A stretch of DNA of 64,000 bases from Octopus sinensis (lineage: Eukaryota): NCBI RefSeq assembly GCF_006345805.1, contig NC_043006.1:24056001-24120000 (forward strand), given 5' to 3'. Positions 44,956-56,293 of this stretch are shown in pieces. Both the position numbers and the translations under genes were made by a program. Each line of letters opens with the position of its first letter. The first letter of the stretch is position 1. Below the pieces are notes generated by a model. It had not been told where the DNA came from, searched no databases, and was given only the letters and a program-made list of their open reading frames with translations.

Positions 44956-46814
44956 TTTATACAAGTTCATTAATTATTCAAGAAGCTTTGTAGAGTGGAA
45001 GGAATAGTAAATTTCTAGATGTGTTTGAAATAACATATACATGCTAGGTCACACTTCAATAGAATCTCTGCATGAAATAATACTTTTGCAAGTTCAATTC
45101 CTGCATAAACACTCATACATATCTGTTAATAATCAGAATTTAAACTTTATTGTCTAAATAACTGAGATGAGTTATTAATAAAATTATAATTGTTCATAGT
45201 CTTAACCTTTTCTTCAGAGAGGGGAAACGTTTTTAATATCTGGTTGTAGGTGCAGACATGGCTGTGTTGTTAAAAAGTTTGCTTTACAATTTGTTTTGGG
45301 TTGAGTCCCATTGCAAGTGTCTTCTACAACCTCGGCTAGACCATTGCCTTCTGTTCAACTTTGATTGAACAGAATTTGTACAGGAGCCCATATGTTTGTA
45401 TGTGTGTACATGCATGTGTATTTATGTGTGAAGCAAGTATGGTCTGTTGGATATGTGACATTAGTGAGTATGAACAGTGTAGCAAAAACGAACTGAGAAA
45501 AAGCTGGATATAAGAGGACTTGGATGTAGTGTGCAAGAAAGAAGTCAGCATTTATACCAAAGATGACACCTGTATAAGAAATACAGGACATTCACAGTGG
45601 ATAGAAAACTCTGCAAAAGAAGATTTAAGAAAACCTCAGACAAACAGAGATTGATCTTGGGGTGCTGAACCTCAAAAAAGGGTTGCAACACTTAGCAATA
45701 CAGCACATGGGAAGACTTTCTCTCCTATGCAAGCATGACATGTATCAAAATGTTAAAATGATAGTGGTGAAAGCTGGGAGGTATGTACAGCTACATTTGG
45801 ACTTATTGCCCAAAAGTTAACTTTCCATTTGCTGCCTATATTTTAGCCTGTTATTCAGGATACTCTTGTTAAACTTTCATTTGTTCTTTGATACCCTCTC
45901 ATGTTTCTGTCACTAATCTCTGACACTCTCCCCTATCCACTGTATCATCACTTAACTTTTCCCATCTTGCTTTTCGATATCCTCTCATCTCTGTTGTCAT
46001 TTTGTTTCTTACATCATGTTCACTTCTGTCACTCATCCCTCATTCACCCATCTTTTCACTCACACTCTCTCATGTCCATTTACTGTACCATCACTCAGAT
46101 TCACCCCATCATCATGTTACCTTGAACAGAGATACTTATAAGAGTACAAGGCAAGCTCATTAGTGCTGGTGCCACTAACACACTCTGTGAAGTGGTTGGT
46201 GTTATTTTTGTGTTGAATAAATAAAATTAAGCAATTTATGGCATACTTACTATTTATGAAAGTTGAAAATCGAAATTTGTAAGCAATCATCTTGATGTTT
46301 GGCAAAAAAAATATTGAAATTTTTAGGGGGAAAAGTTTTTCCAGAATCATTTTTAAATGTGGAATCCCAAAAGCAAATTTTTAGGAAAAAAAAACGTTTA
46401 AAACAAAAAATTTAAGTGGGGAGAAAAAAAAAGTTGAAGATCTGTTTATTTTGACGAAATCATTTAATTTTTGTTGTAGAAAATAGATGAATCCAAAGAA
46501 AATATTAAGAAAAAAAAAAAAGGGAGGGCTATTCAATACGTCTGTTTGGACATTGCCAAGTAGTTTCAATATTTCAACTTACATTTTATCTTACACCAAA
46601 AGAATGCACTTAGAAGGGCAGCAGGACAAAATACAAATTTTCTACTTTTTGGTGGGTTTAGCTGCTCCATTTGCACTATGGTAAAAATGATATTGAAAAA
46701 AAAACTGTTGTCCTCTTTCCTTCAGCTTATATTTATTTTGCAGCGTTGAAGGTATTTATAAGCCATTTAAGAAACACACAAAACCGTTAGATTCACTTCA
46801 ACATTTAGATTTAA

Positions 46815-46865
46815 TTTGTCAAAATATTTTCGTCACTTTGAGACCGCGACCTGTTCACTGACAAA
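46815..46865 (-). ncRNA. Identical hammerhead motif on the opposite strand
   Basis: Exact reverse complement of 46883-46933. Confidence 0.7.
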
Positions 46866-46882
46866 ACTCCATGCTGCTCTGT

Positions 46883-46933
46883 TTTGTCAGTGAACAGGTC
46901 GCGGTCTCAAAGTGACGAAAATATTTTGACAAA
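46883..46933 (+). ncRNA. Type I hammerhead motif with G3:C8 core swap
   Basis: UUUGUCA-GUGAACA-G-GUCGC-GGUCUCAAA-GUGAC-GAAA-AUAUUU-UGACAAA: 7-bp stem I, 5-bp stem II, palindromic AAUAUU stem III, UUU triplet. Confidence 0.7.
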
Positions 46934-47377
46934 TTAAATTTAAATGTTGAAGTGAATCTAACGGTTTTGCGTGTTTCTTAAATGGCTTATAAACACCTTC
47001 CACGCTGCAATTGTTTTTGTTCCAGCACACAATCTCAGATCAGGTCACTTGCTATGCAAGTACATCTCCGTAATATATTTATTTTGTTTACTGGCTAACC
47101 TATGTGGGTGTGTGTGATTGGTGAACGGAAAATATCACAGAAAAACAAAGTTACAATTATTGAGTAGGAAAAAATGTCCTATTTCAATTAAATATATTAT
47201 AATAGTTAAAGAAATGAATATCTCAAGTCATTATTACATGTCTTGTACACAATTATAGCATAAGTATGTGGTAAACAAAATTTTCAGGTTTTACTCAGTA
47301 TATTCAATAAAATAAGGAAAAGACATTAAATCTAAACAGAAACTTTATTATTTCTAATTCTCTCAATGGGAGACACA

Positions 47378-47672
47378 TCATCATCATCGTTTAACATCTG
47401 CTTTCCATGCTAGCATGGGTTGGACGGTTTAACTGGGGTCTGGGAAGACAGAAGGCTGCACCAGGCCCAGTCTGATCTGGCAGTGTTTCTACAGCTGGAT
47501 GCCCTTCTTAACGCCAACCACTCTGTGAGTGTAGTGGGTGCTTTTTACGTGCCACCGGCATGGTGGCCAGGCGAGGCTGGCAATGGCCACGATCAGATGG
47601 TGCTTTTTACGTGCCACCGGCACGGAGGCCAGTCGGGGCAGCACTGGCAACGGCCACGTTCGGATGGTTCTC
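47378..47672 (-). mobile_element. RTE-type tail element with two to three tandem units
   Basis: Reverse complement of the 7655-8270 family. Confidence 0.8.
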
Positions 47673-47895
47673 TTACACAGTAACATTCATCCCAACTGGG
47701 ACTGCCACATTATGCTGGCAAATAATCTTTACTTTAAATCTGCCATTCATTTATTAAGGTTTGCCTATGACTTTTTTTCTTGTTCCTCTACAGAGTATGT
47801 CAGTATCGATTGCGGGAATAGTGGAACAGTTGGTGCTTGATACCGTTGTAGATCAACAATATTTTGGTGGAAAATATATTTTAATTCCAGCTCCC

Positions 47896-48720
47896 ATGGA
47901 AATTATCATGGGGTTAAAAAATCTGCTACAATGGATTAATGTATATCAAGCATGCCACTCTTAAAACGAAATTGTGGTGGAAATGTGTGAAAAAAACCCA
48001 GTGACAACAAGCCTATTGGAAAGAAAACCCACAAATATACCAACAATGCCTCAGAACGAAACCAAATCCGTCTTGCTAAAATTCTCAACGAGATGAAAGA
48101 CCAAGCTGCCAACACCTGAGTCAAACCTTCTCACATATCTATAACCAAGGTGTGGAACGAGCCAGTGTGATGATGATGATGCACACACACGGATTCACTC
48201 TGCAACCAACAGACAACCGCATTCTAATGTTTGGTACTAGTAATGGTAACAAGCGCCCTGTTGGTGCTCATACTTTGTATATGGACGGGAACTTCGCAAC
48301 AACCCCCAAATATATATAAACAACTTTGTCGTTCTTGTGTTTTATGGTTGTTGTGATGGTGTTACAACTGTTTATTCAGTGTTTACGCTCTTCTTCCTAA
48401 CAAATCGCGTGTCACCAGGAGTATGCTATAAGCTGCTTTCGTTTTCTATTTGTTTTGGAGGAAGATCACAAGCCTGTCACAGACTTCCTGCAGTTTGATA
48501 CGATCACCATCCACTCAAAAATCACTAGATATATATTTAATGCCATGATAATATCATGTAAGTGGTTTCCAACGCGTACCATTTATTCAATAAACGACTG
48601 GTTTAGTAGAATGGTTTGCTTTATTTCAAGGTTTCAAGACATTAAATACGTGTTTTTGTTTTTTTCACAAAAATGTAAATACCATTATGTAAATTGTGTT
48701 GCCATGTAGATGAATTGCCA
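47896..48720 (+). pseudogene. MULE (Mutator-like) transposase pseudogene with FLYWCH N-terminus
   Basis: Across frameshifts: MEII, KICYNGLMYIKHATLKTKLWWKCVKK (47918-47995), LNEMKDQAANT, DNRILMFGTS, YMDGNFATTPK (from 48278), VYALLPNKSR (from 48381), KPVTDF. Confidence 0.75.
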
Positions 48721-50899
48721 GTTGATTAACTACGTGAATTTTCTTTTAATTACTTTAATTATATTGCATTTAAATGCTGTAAATAATATTTATGGTATTT
48801 AAATGAAATGTGACATTTTCCCTCGTCAAAAACTGTAGATTTTGCCATTTGACTTGGAAGTGATTGCTTCTGCATAAATTCTATTTGGCTGAAATCCATT
48901 TGTGACTAAAACTTCGATGTGACACATTTTACATAAATACTTTTTTTTCTTATATTTGAGAATTGAGCAAATTTTACGAGTAAACTCGTCACAGATATAT
49001 GCCTCATTATGCCTACGGTATAATGAATATTAAAAAAATAAAGTATTTACAATGGATTTAGCAAAAACAACTTCCATTATCAAGAATCTGGGACATAACT
49101 AATTTTTTTCTCTTTAAAATTATGATGGATTTAATTTGGATTGATTGTTTTCTATCGTAGAAAAGAACTGATCTCAAACGGATTGATCGGGAAAGAAATT
49201 TATGAAATTAACTTGTTATCCGCTCGAACTTGAAAAACGAGAAATCGTAGCTATAAATAAATTTGGGTTGCTGACAACGAAGTTGTTATTGTTCAGCAGT
49301 TTGCTTTCACTGTGCTGCCATGTCATCATGCCCGCCGTCACTCTGCTTTGTCTGTCCAACGCCTTAACCTGGCTGTCGCCCGTGCGAATTCCATGAGTGT
49401 GTTGGTTCCGTTGCACCTTGTGATGTGTAACCGATTCGTGTTGAATGTCCTTTTTTTTTTTTTTTGGCTCATGATTGTGTTTTCTTCGGTTTTAGATTTG
49501 TATTTTAATGTGAAATATTTGTTATTACAGTAAAGCTGTAACAACTGTAAAATGAAAAATTGTGATTCGAAGAACTTTTTTTAATTCTACATCATCTAAT
49601 TATATAATTGGCATGAGCCTACATAATTTCTTACAAGTGGTGTTTGTTTTAGTGTTACCGAACAAGCGAGGCCTTCTCTTCCCCTTAAACTGCAACTATT
49701 TTCTGTTTGCTGTGGCTTAATTCTTCGATCTTCCTCCATGTTTATTTCTTTTTTCTTTCTCCGCCATCTTGTCATCTATTCACTAGTTTTACAAAACAGC
49801 AGCTCGACTTTTCATTTAAGTTACAGATAATAAAGATTTCTTTCGAAGATTCTTCCACTACAATCTACAGCGAGTCCCAAACACCACGTTTATGTGTTTG
49901 TATTTGTGTGTTATTTATATTAGGTGTTATTCGTACAAGCTGCACATAAAACATGGTCGTCCAGCAATAAATGTAATCTTTATATTTATAGGAAGCCACT
50001 TAAAATCACAAATAATATTAGTGGCTACGAAACTCTTTTATTTGCTTAAGCTTATATCAGTTGCTTATTGCGTTAGAAAAGGCTTAATTTCAAAGAGATC
50101 ACAAAAGCTTCTTCCATATATGTGTGCGTGTGTGTAGATATATGTGCGTCTTGAGAAAAATATTTAGTAACAACTATTTGAGAATTATCGAAATAAAAGG
50201 TTTTTTTAAAAAAAGCAATTTTTAAATATTTCTGGCAAATATAATCAATTTTTTTTAATGATTTTGAGCCAGTTGTTTCTTTCACATAAATGATATTACG
50301 TGCCAACACAGGAGCCTCTCTGAGGTCGTTTGACGTCGAAGAAATAGCTACAATTTCCCCTCAACTCACACTACGATTTTTTTTTTTAATGCTAATAATA
50401 TTCTATATACATTATGCTTTGGGTGGGAAATTATAAGATTCTCATGGCTGGATTGCTTTTAACCACATTTCTACTGAATCAAGGCTAATTTTGTCTGATT
50501 GTGCCTCTAAGTGGTTGCTAGAAATAACCGTCGAATACCCCCTCCAATCCACCTTACCATCTTAAAAAAAAGACATTAGATAGTGGTCTAGATACACTAT
50601 ATCTGAATAAAAATAGATGTGATAATCACGGTTGTAGGTTGCTGGTTAATATTTAGTACGTTTTATGTTTTATCAATTTTGATTATTTAATGAGTGTAGA
50701 AATATAAACATGAATATAATTTTAAAACATATTAGTTATTTTTAAATATGGCTTAATTATTTAAATACTTAAAAGTAATTTCTAAAATTTATATTTTTTC
50801 AATTATTAAAAACTGTTTGGATTATGTTTTATAATAATTGGGAAAAAAAAAATTGGGTTAATGTTGACAGTATTACCCGGAAATAAAATTTTAAAAAAT

Positions 50900-51338
50900 A
50901 GTGCAACGGGTATAAAAAAAAAAGGTGTAGGAAACGAATATGAAAACAAAAATGCCCGGAAAGCAACAGGGAGGGGGAGGTCTTCGGAAAATTCACAACA
51001 TCCCATGTTTTTCTCTCATAACTTTTGGGAAAATGGGGTTTTTTTTTTTTACTGAAATTTTATATAAATACCTTTCAAGCGGTATAGATTACGATTGTAA
51101 AAAAAATTGTGGGGAGAGGACTTCGGAAAATTCAGAAGATCCGAGTTTTTCCCTCGTTACTTTGAGGAAAATATAATCCTTTTGAAATTACAAATTAGGC
51201 TTTTCTTCAGGAACTTGGATGCTAAACATCCCTTTGAAGGGTTCGGGTCTTTACTTCTACATATATATATATATGGAGAGTTTACGAAAAAAACAAAAGA
51301 CGAAGACAGGTGGTGTACAAAACAAACAGATGTATTAG

Positions 51339-51376
<38 letters not shown>

Positions 51377-51765
51377 CATACATATAGTAGAAGTAAGGAC
51401 CCGAACCCTTCAAAGAGATAACATCTAAGTTCCTGAGTAAAAGCCTAATTTGTGATTTCAAAAGGGTTATATTTTCCTCAAAGTGACGAGGGAAAAACTC
51501 GGATCTTCTTAATTTTCCGAAGTCCTCTGTCCACCCCATCAGAAAATATTTTCCCCACAAATTTCTTTACAATCGTAATCTATACCGTTTGAAACCTTTC
51601 AAATTTATATAAAATTTCATTTAAAAAAGACATTTTCAAGTTATGAGGGAAAAACATGGGATGTTGTGAATTTTCTGAAGGCCTCTCCCCACTCCGCGTT
51701 GCTTTCCGGGCATTTTTGTTTTCATATTCGTTTCCTACACCTTTTTTTTTTATACGCGTTGCACT
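50900..51765. repeat. Foldback element, about 360-380-bp inverted arms around a microsatellite core
   Basis: 50900-51260 is the reverse complement of 51387-51765 at high identity with indels. Confidence 0.85.
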
Positions 51766-51874
51766 GATTTTCTTTTTTTTTTCCCGATTTCGTTAACCAA
51801 ACATTGTATTTTCTAGTATTTACCACCTCTATAGGGTTGCTTGACTTGCTAGGTATATATATATACATGTATAT

Positions 51875-52277
51875 ATTCTTTTATTCTTTTACTTGTTTCA
51901 GTCATTTGACTGCGGCCATGCTGGAGCACCGCCTTTAGTCGAGCAAATCGACCCCGGGACTTATTCTTTGTAAGCCCAGTACTTATTCTGTCAGTCTCTT
52001 TTTGCCGAACCGCTAAGTGACGGGGACGTAAACACACCAGCATCGGTTGTCAAGCAATGCTAGGGGGACAAACACAGACACACAAACACACACATATATA
52101 TATATACATATATACGACAGGCTTCTTTCAGTTTCCGTCTACCAAATCCACTCACAAGGCATTGGTCGGCCCAGGGCTATAGCAGAAGACACTTGCCCAA
52201 GATGCCACGCAGTGGGACTGAACCCGGAACCATGTGGTTCGTAAGCAAGCTACTTACCACACAGCCACTCCTGCGCC
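51875..52277 (-). mobile_element. SINE family 1, full-length young copy
   Basis: Head GGCGCAGGAGTGGCTGTGTGGTAAG...CCGGGTTCAGTCCC; CpG-rich; tail (AAAAGAAT)n. Near-identical to 58575-58930. Confidence 0.88.
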
Positions 52278-52338
52278 TCACGTTGATTCGCTAGCTTCTG
52301 CACGCATTTTTTTTCTCTCCGTGTTTCTTTTCTGTGTA

Positions 52339-52376
52339 TCTTTCTGTTGAAGAGCGTAGGCTCGAAACGTAAAAGA
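52339..52376 (+). ncRNA. Minimal type I hammerhead-like motif with A6U core variant
   Basis: UCUUU-CUGUUGA-A-GAGC-GUAG-GCUC-GAAAC-GUA-AAAGA. Confidence 0.55.
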
Positions 52377-52473
52377 CTTGTTTTATTTATATTCCTGAGC
52401 GCCATATTAATACAATTGTTTGTTTGTATTCCACCTGCCTTCGTCTTTTGTTTATTTTCATAAAGCTTCCCGT

Positions 52474-52511
<38 letters not shown>

Positions 52512-52616
52512 ATATATAATATATATATATATATAATTTCAACAATTGAGGGTAAAATTAATTAATTATTAATCAATTTCACCAAGTATTATTTTACTAA
52601 GCCCTTATATATAATG

Positions 52617-52674
<58 letters not shown>

Positions 52675-53047
52675 ATAGAGTAGAGAAAAAAACGACTGCA
52701 TCAACCCAAGAAAATCATGAATTTTCAGTTTGCAAGGACGCGTCTTGGGAGTTTCATGCAGACTGTCGTGTATCTTTTTTTCTTTATTATCAGTTTCTCA
52801 TGACAGCTACTCCTGTGGTCGATTCTCTTTCTGTTCTCTCTTCTTTGCGTGTATGTGTGTGTGTATAATATATATGAATACGTCTTTTTTCTTTCTACAT
52901 CTATTTATCTAGCACACTCTTTGTTTTGTTTATGAATTTGTGTTGCAAGATTCTTGATGTGAAACCGTGTGTTGAAACATTGTATTTCGGGATGGTTTTC
53001 CAAATAAACATATGTGTGCGATCAGGAGCACACACGAGGGCAGAAAG

Positions 53048-53091
53048 TGTCGCTGAAGAGGTCACAGATGTGTGACGAATGATTTCCGGAC
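53048..53091 (+). ncRNA. Degenerate hammerhead-like motif
   Basis: UGUCG-CUGAAGA-G-GUCACA-GAUG-UGUGAC-GAAUGAUUUC-CGGACA; the 3' core is eroded. Confidence 0.4.
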
Positions 53092-53547
53092 AATGGACAA
53101 GAGTTAAAATAAGAATAGTAATAAACGAATGACGAACGAATATACAGCGTGTGTTTATTTAGAGAAAAAAATGACCGTCCCGAAATATAATATCTTCGTA
53201 TTTTCATTTCGCTCTTTGTTTTTCTCACTCTCTCATTGCTTCGCTTACTTCCTCTCGCCCTCTCTTTATCGCTTCATTTCTCATCGGTTTGATCCTCTTT
53301 GGATCTATTCAATTTCAATTTGACGGCCAGATTAAAAAAAAAATTTTTTTTAACTAAACACTTTGAAACTTCGGATACTGGTAGAATGCGTCACACAGAA
53401 CAAGGTTTTTGACAAAATTTTGTATTTTAGAAGTTATTTCGTGTTAAAGCTGTCGTATTTGGGTAATTTTAACCAATCAATGACGTGTATTCAGCTGAAG
53501 AAAATTACTGCTGCTGTTTGCGAACAACATCCGGGTCCATTATTTAT

Positions 53548-53627
<80 letters not shown>

Positions 53628-54606
53628 ACACACACAAATTCACACACATTAATGATAGGCAGAAGTTAGAGTGACAATGGCCAAATTCATGTTTGATAAG
53701 TGCCAATGATATATATACATATATGCCGATAATATATACATACATATATGTGTAAAAAGAACCAATGAAAGCATCTCTACCTGGTCCCTCAACACATTAA
53801 AAAGAGCAGCCAAAGTATCCCCCTACCTAAATCACACGCCCATTATACGTAATGTCTTAGATTATCTCTAGAAAGACGGTTTCCTGAAAGCTGGAATCTC
53901 TTTAATGATAGGTTTGCTATATCAGGATTGATTTGAGGCTAAATAACAACAAAATTATGGTCCTTAGTGAAAATCGTGCAGGTGAAAAGATCAATGGGGG
54001 TGGGGCGAAATTTCCAAGGCTTCTACCTCACTCCACTCCGTTTTTCGGACCCCGAAAAGGATTTTGTAACATATTAGGAGGTCACAGGAATTCATTCAGC
54101 GAAAAAAAAAAAAAATTCCAATTCATTCAACGAAAAAAATAAATCTGTGATGGAGTGGGGCAGTCCTCACCTTTTTTCCGAACCAAAATAAGGGATTTGC
54201 AGCATATTAGGAGTTCAAGGTACTTGATTCCATGTAAAAAAATCCAAGTTTTTTTTTTTTTCTTTGTGAAAATCGTGCGGGTGCTAATATAGAAATTTAC
54301 CATAATGTTGTTATTTAGCCTCAAATCAACCCTGATACTGCAAACCTATATTCAAAGACATTCCAGCCTTCAGTAAATCGTCTTTTTGGGGATAATCTAG
54401 GACATTAAGTGCAATGGGCGTGTGATTTAGGTAGGGGAATACTTTGGCTGTTATTTTTAGCGTGTCGAGCGACCAAGTAGAAGCTCTTTCATTGGTTCGA
54501 TTTCGTGATGAGATTTTTTTACACACACACATATATATATATATCATTGGCACTTATCAAACACGAATTTGGTCATTGTCACTCTGTAACTTCTGCCTAT
54601 TATTAA

Positions 54607-54637
<31 letters not shown>

Positions 54638-54651
54638 GTGTATATATATAT

Positions 54652-54725
<74 letters not shown>

Positions 54726-55163
54726 TGTGTGTGTGTGTGTATAAAGCTGAAATGCGAAAAATTTGATTGTCCCATTTTGGGATGTGAACGGTTGATTGTC
54801 TCCAAAATTTACAGGGACATGTAAAAAGAGGCGAGGAATCGACTGGACTAGTTTAGAAACCCCTATCTCAAAAGCTGTGGTTACTAGGGCAACAAAACCC
54901 AGACTTTGACAAGTGTGTGTAGTTTCCCTCTTTTGGATATCACCCTGTCTTCCTCGATCTCTCTCTTTCCTTCCTTTCCTGCACTTTCTCTCTATAACGA
55001 CGTTTGACACCTTCTACTCTCATTCCCTCTCCGCCTTCGCCGTCTCTCTGTCACTCTTTCTCCCACCACCTCTCTCACTTTACGTCTGTCTGTATCTATA
55101 GAGAGGAAGCGTTGACAACCGCAAAAGTTTAAATATTCTCGCCACAGGTCTTTTAGAACGGTG

Positions 55164-55204
<41 letters not shown>

Positions 55205-55215
55205 ATATATATATA

Positions 55216-55565
55216 CAAGCACTATGACCCGGCAACGCCGGGTCATAGTGCTAGTGCATGCATATACAGCAGCGTGTGTGCGCACATACACGCGGGTACT
55301 GTCCAAATCTCCGACCAATCACATACAGCTAGCAGGCATTCAATTGGCGTATCAAGTTTCGGGCATTTTGATTGGGTCTTGGATAGAAAATTCACAAAAA
55401 AGTCACTTCTATTGATTTTTTAATGGCTTTGCGGGGTGACTGGGGAAATGTAAAGATGTGCACGACCACCATTGGATGGTTTTGAAAGACCATAAAAAGT
55501 GCGAGTTCTCTATTGTGGATTTGTATAAAGGACACACACGCAGACATTTTACCATATATATATAA
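55216..55565 (-). mobile_element. Non-autonomous Helitron-like element with a 16-bp terminal hairpin
   Basis: Perfect stem AGCACTATGACCCGGC-AAC-GCCGGGTCATAGTGCT (55218-55252); the - strand 5' end resembles TATATATGGTAAAATGTCTGCGTGTGTG. Orientation is inferred. Confidence 0.5.
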
Positions 55566-55604
55566 TGTGTATACATACATATGTGTGTATATATATAATC
55601 AATA

Positions 55605-56293
55605 TCTATAAAGCTGAAATGCGAAAAAGTTGTTTGATTTCTTGGTTATTTGTCTCATTTTGGAATGGGAACGGTTTAAGGGGCGGTAGATGGGATCGGA
55701 TTGGCGCCAAAATTTACACTGGACTGGATAAAATGGGGTGGGCAATGGTGTGAGGAGGGTTTCAAGTTGCTCGGGGCTACCATTTGGTTGCCATGGTGAG
55801 GAATATGGGAAAAATTGAGTTTCATAAGATAGACAGGTTGCGCTGTTTGAATAATGGCGGCTTTTCGTGTTGCTGCATGGGTTAAAGGCGGTTATCTTTA
55901 ATCTAAAATGAAGAAGGCGAACGTTGATACAAATTGGATTTTAATGTAAAAAAGGGGTCTAAATGGGGCTGGAAGGGGATTAAAATGTACAGAAGGGGTC
56001 ACTTGAGGTGAGAAATTGATTGGGAAACGTTTTGGGGCGCTGCAGTGGTTGCTTTACTGTGAAAACGGGGATTTTATTGACTTTGGGGGACACTTGGGGT
56101 CTAGATTGGACACCTTTTGCCTGATTTCAATCAAATTTTCAACATGGTAAAGTGGAAGCGGATTTGTAATTTAAGCGCGGGAAATGGGTTCGAAATTTTG
56201 AAAATTAAGGCAAGATTTAAGAAACAGAGAGGAAACGACAGAAAGTAATAACAACACCCTCACCCGTGCGTAGAGCGGGTCATCTTAAGCTAG
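55605..56293 (+). mobile_element. Non-autonomous Helitron-like element
   Basis: A^TCTATAAAGCTG start; ACCCG-TGCGTAGAG-CGGGT hairpin at 56262-56280, then CTAG at 56290-56293. Confidence 0.65.

Larger units (their letters stand above)
46738..47010. repeat. Near-perfect palindrome, 130-bp arms, 13-nt loop
   Basis: 46738-46867 versus 46881-47010, four mismatches counted by eye. Confidence 0.95.

Noticed and set aside
49285-49335. AUGA...AAA...GA arrangement on the - strand as a SECIS element
   Set aside because: Helix II pairs for only 5 bp and the GA quartet spacing is wrong; no selenoprotein is nearby.
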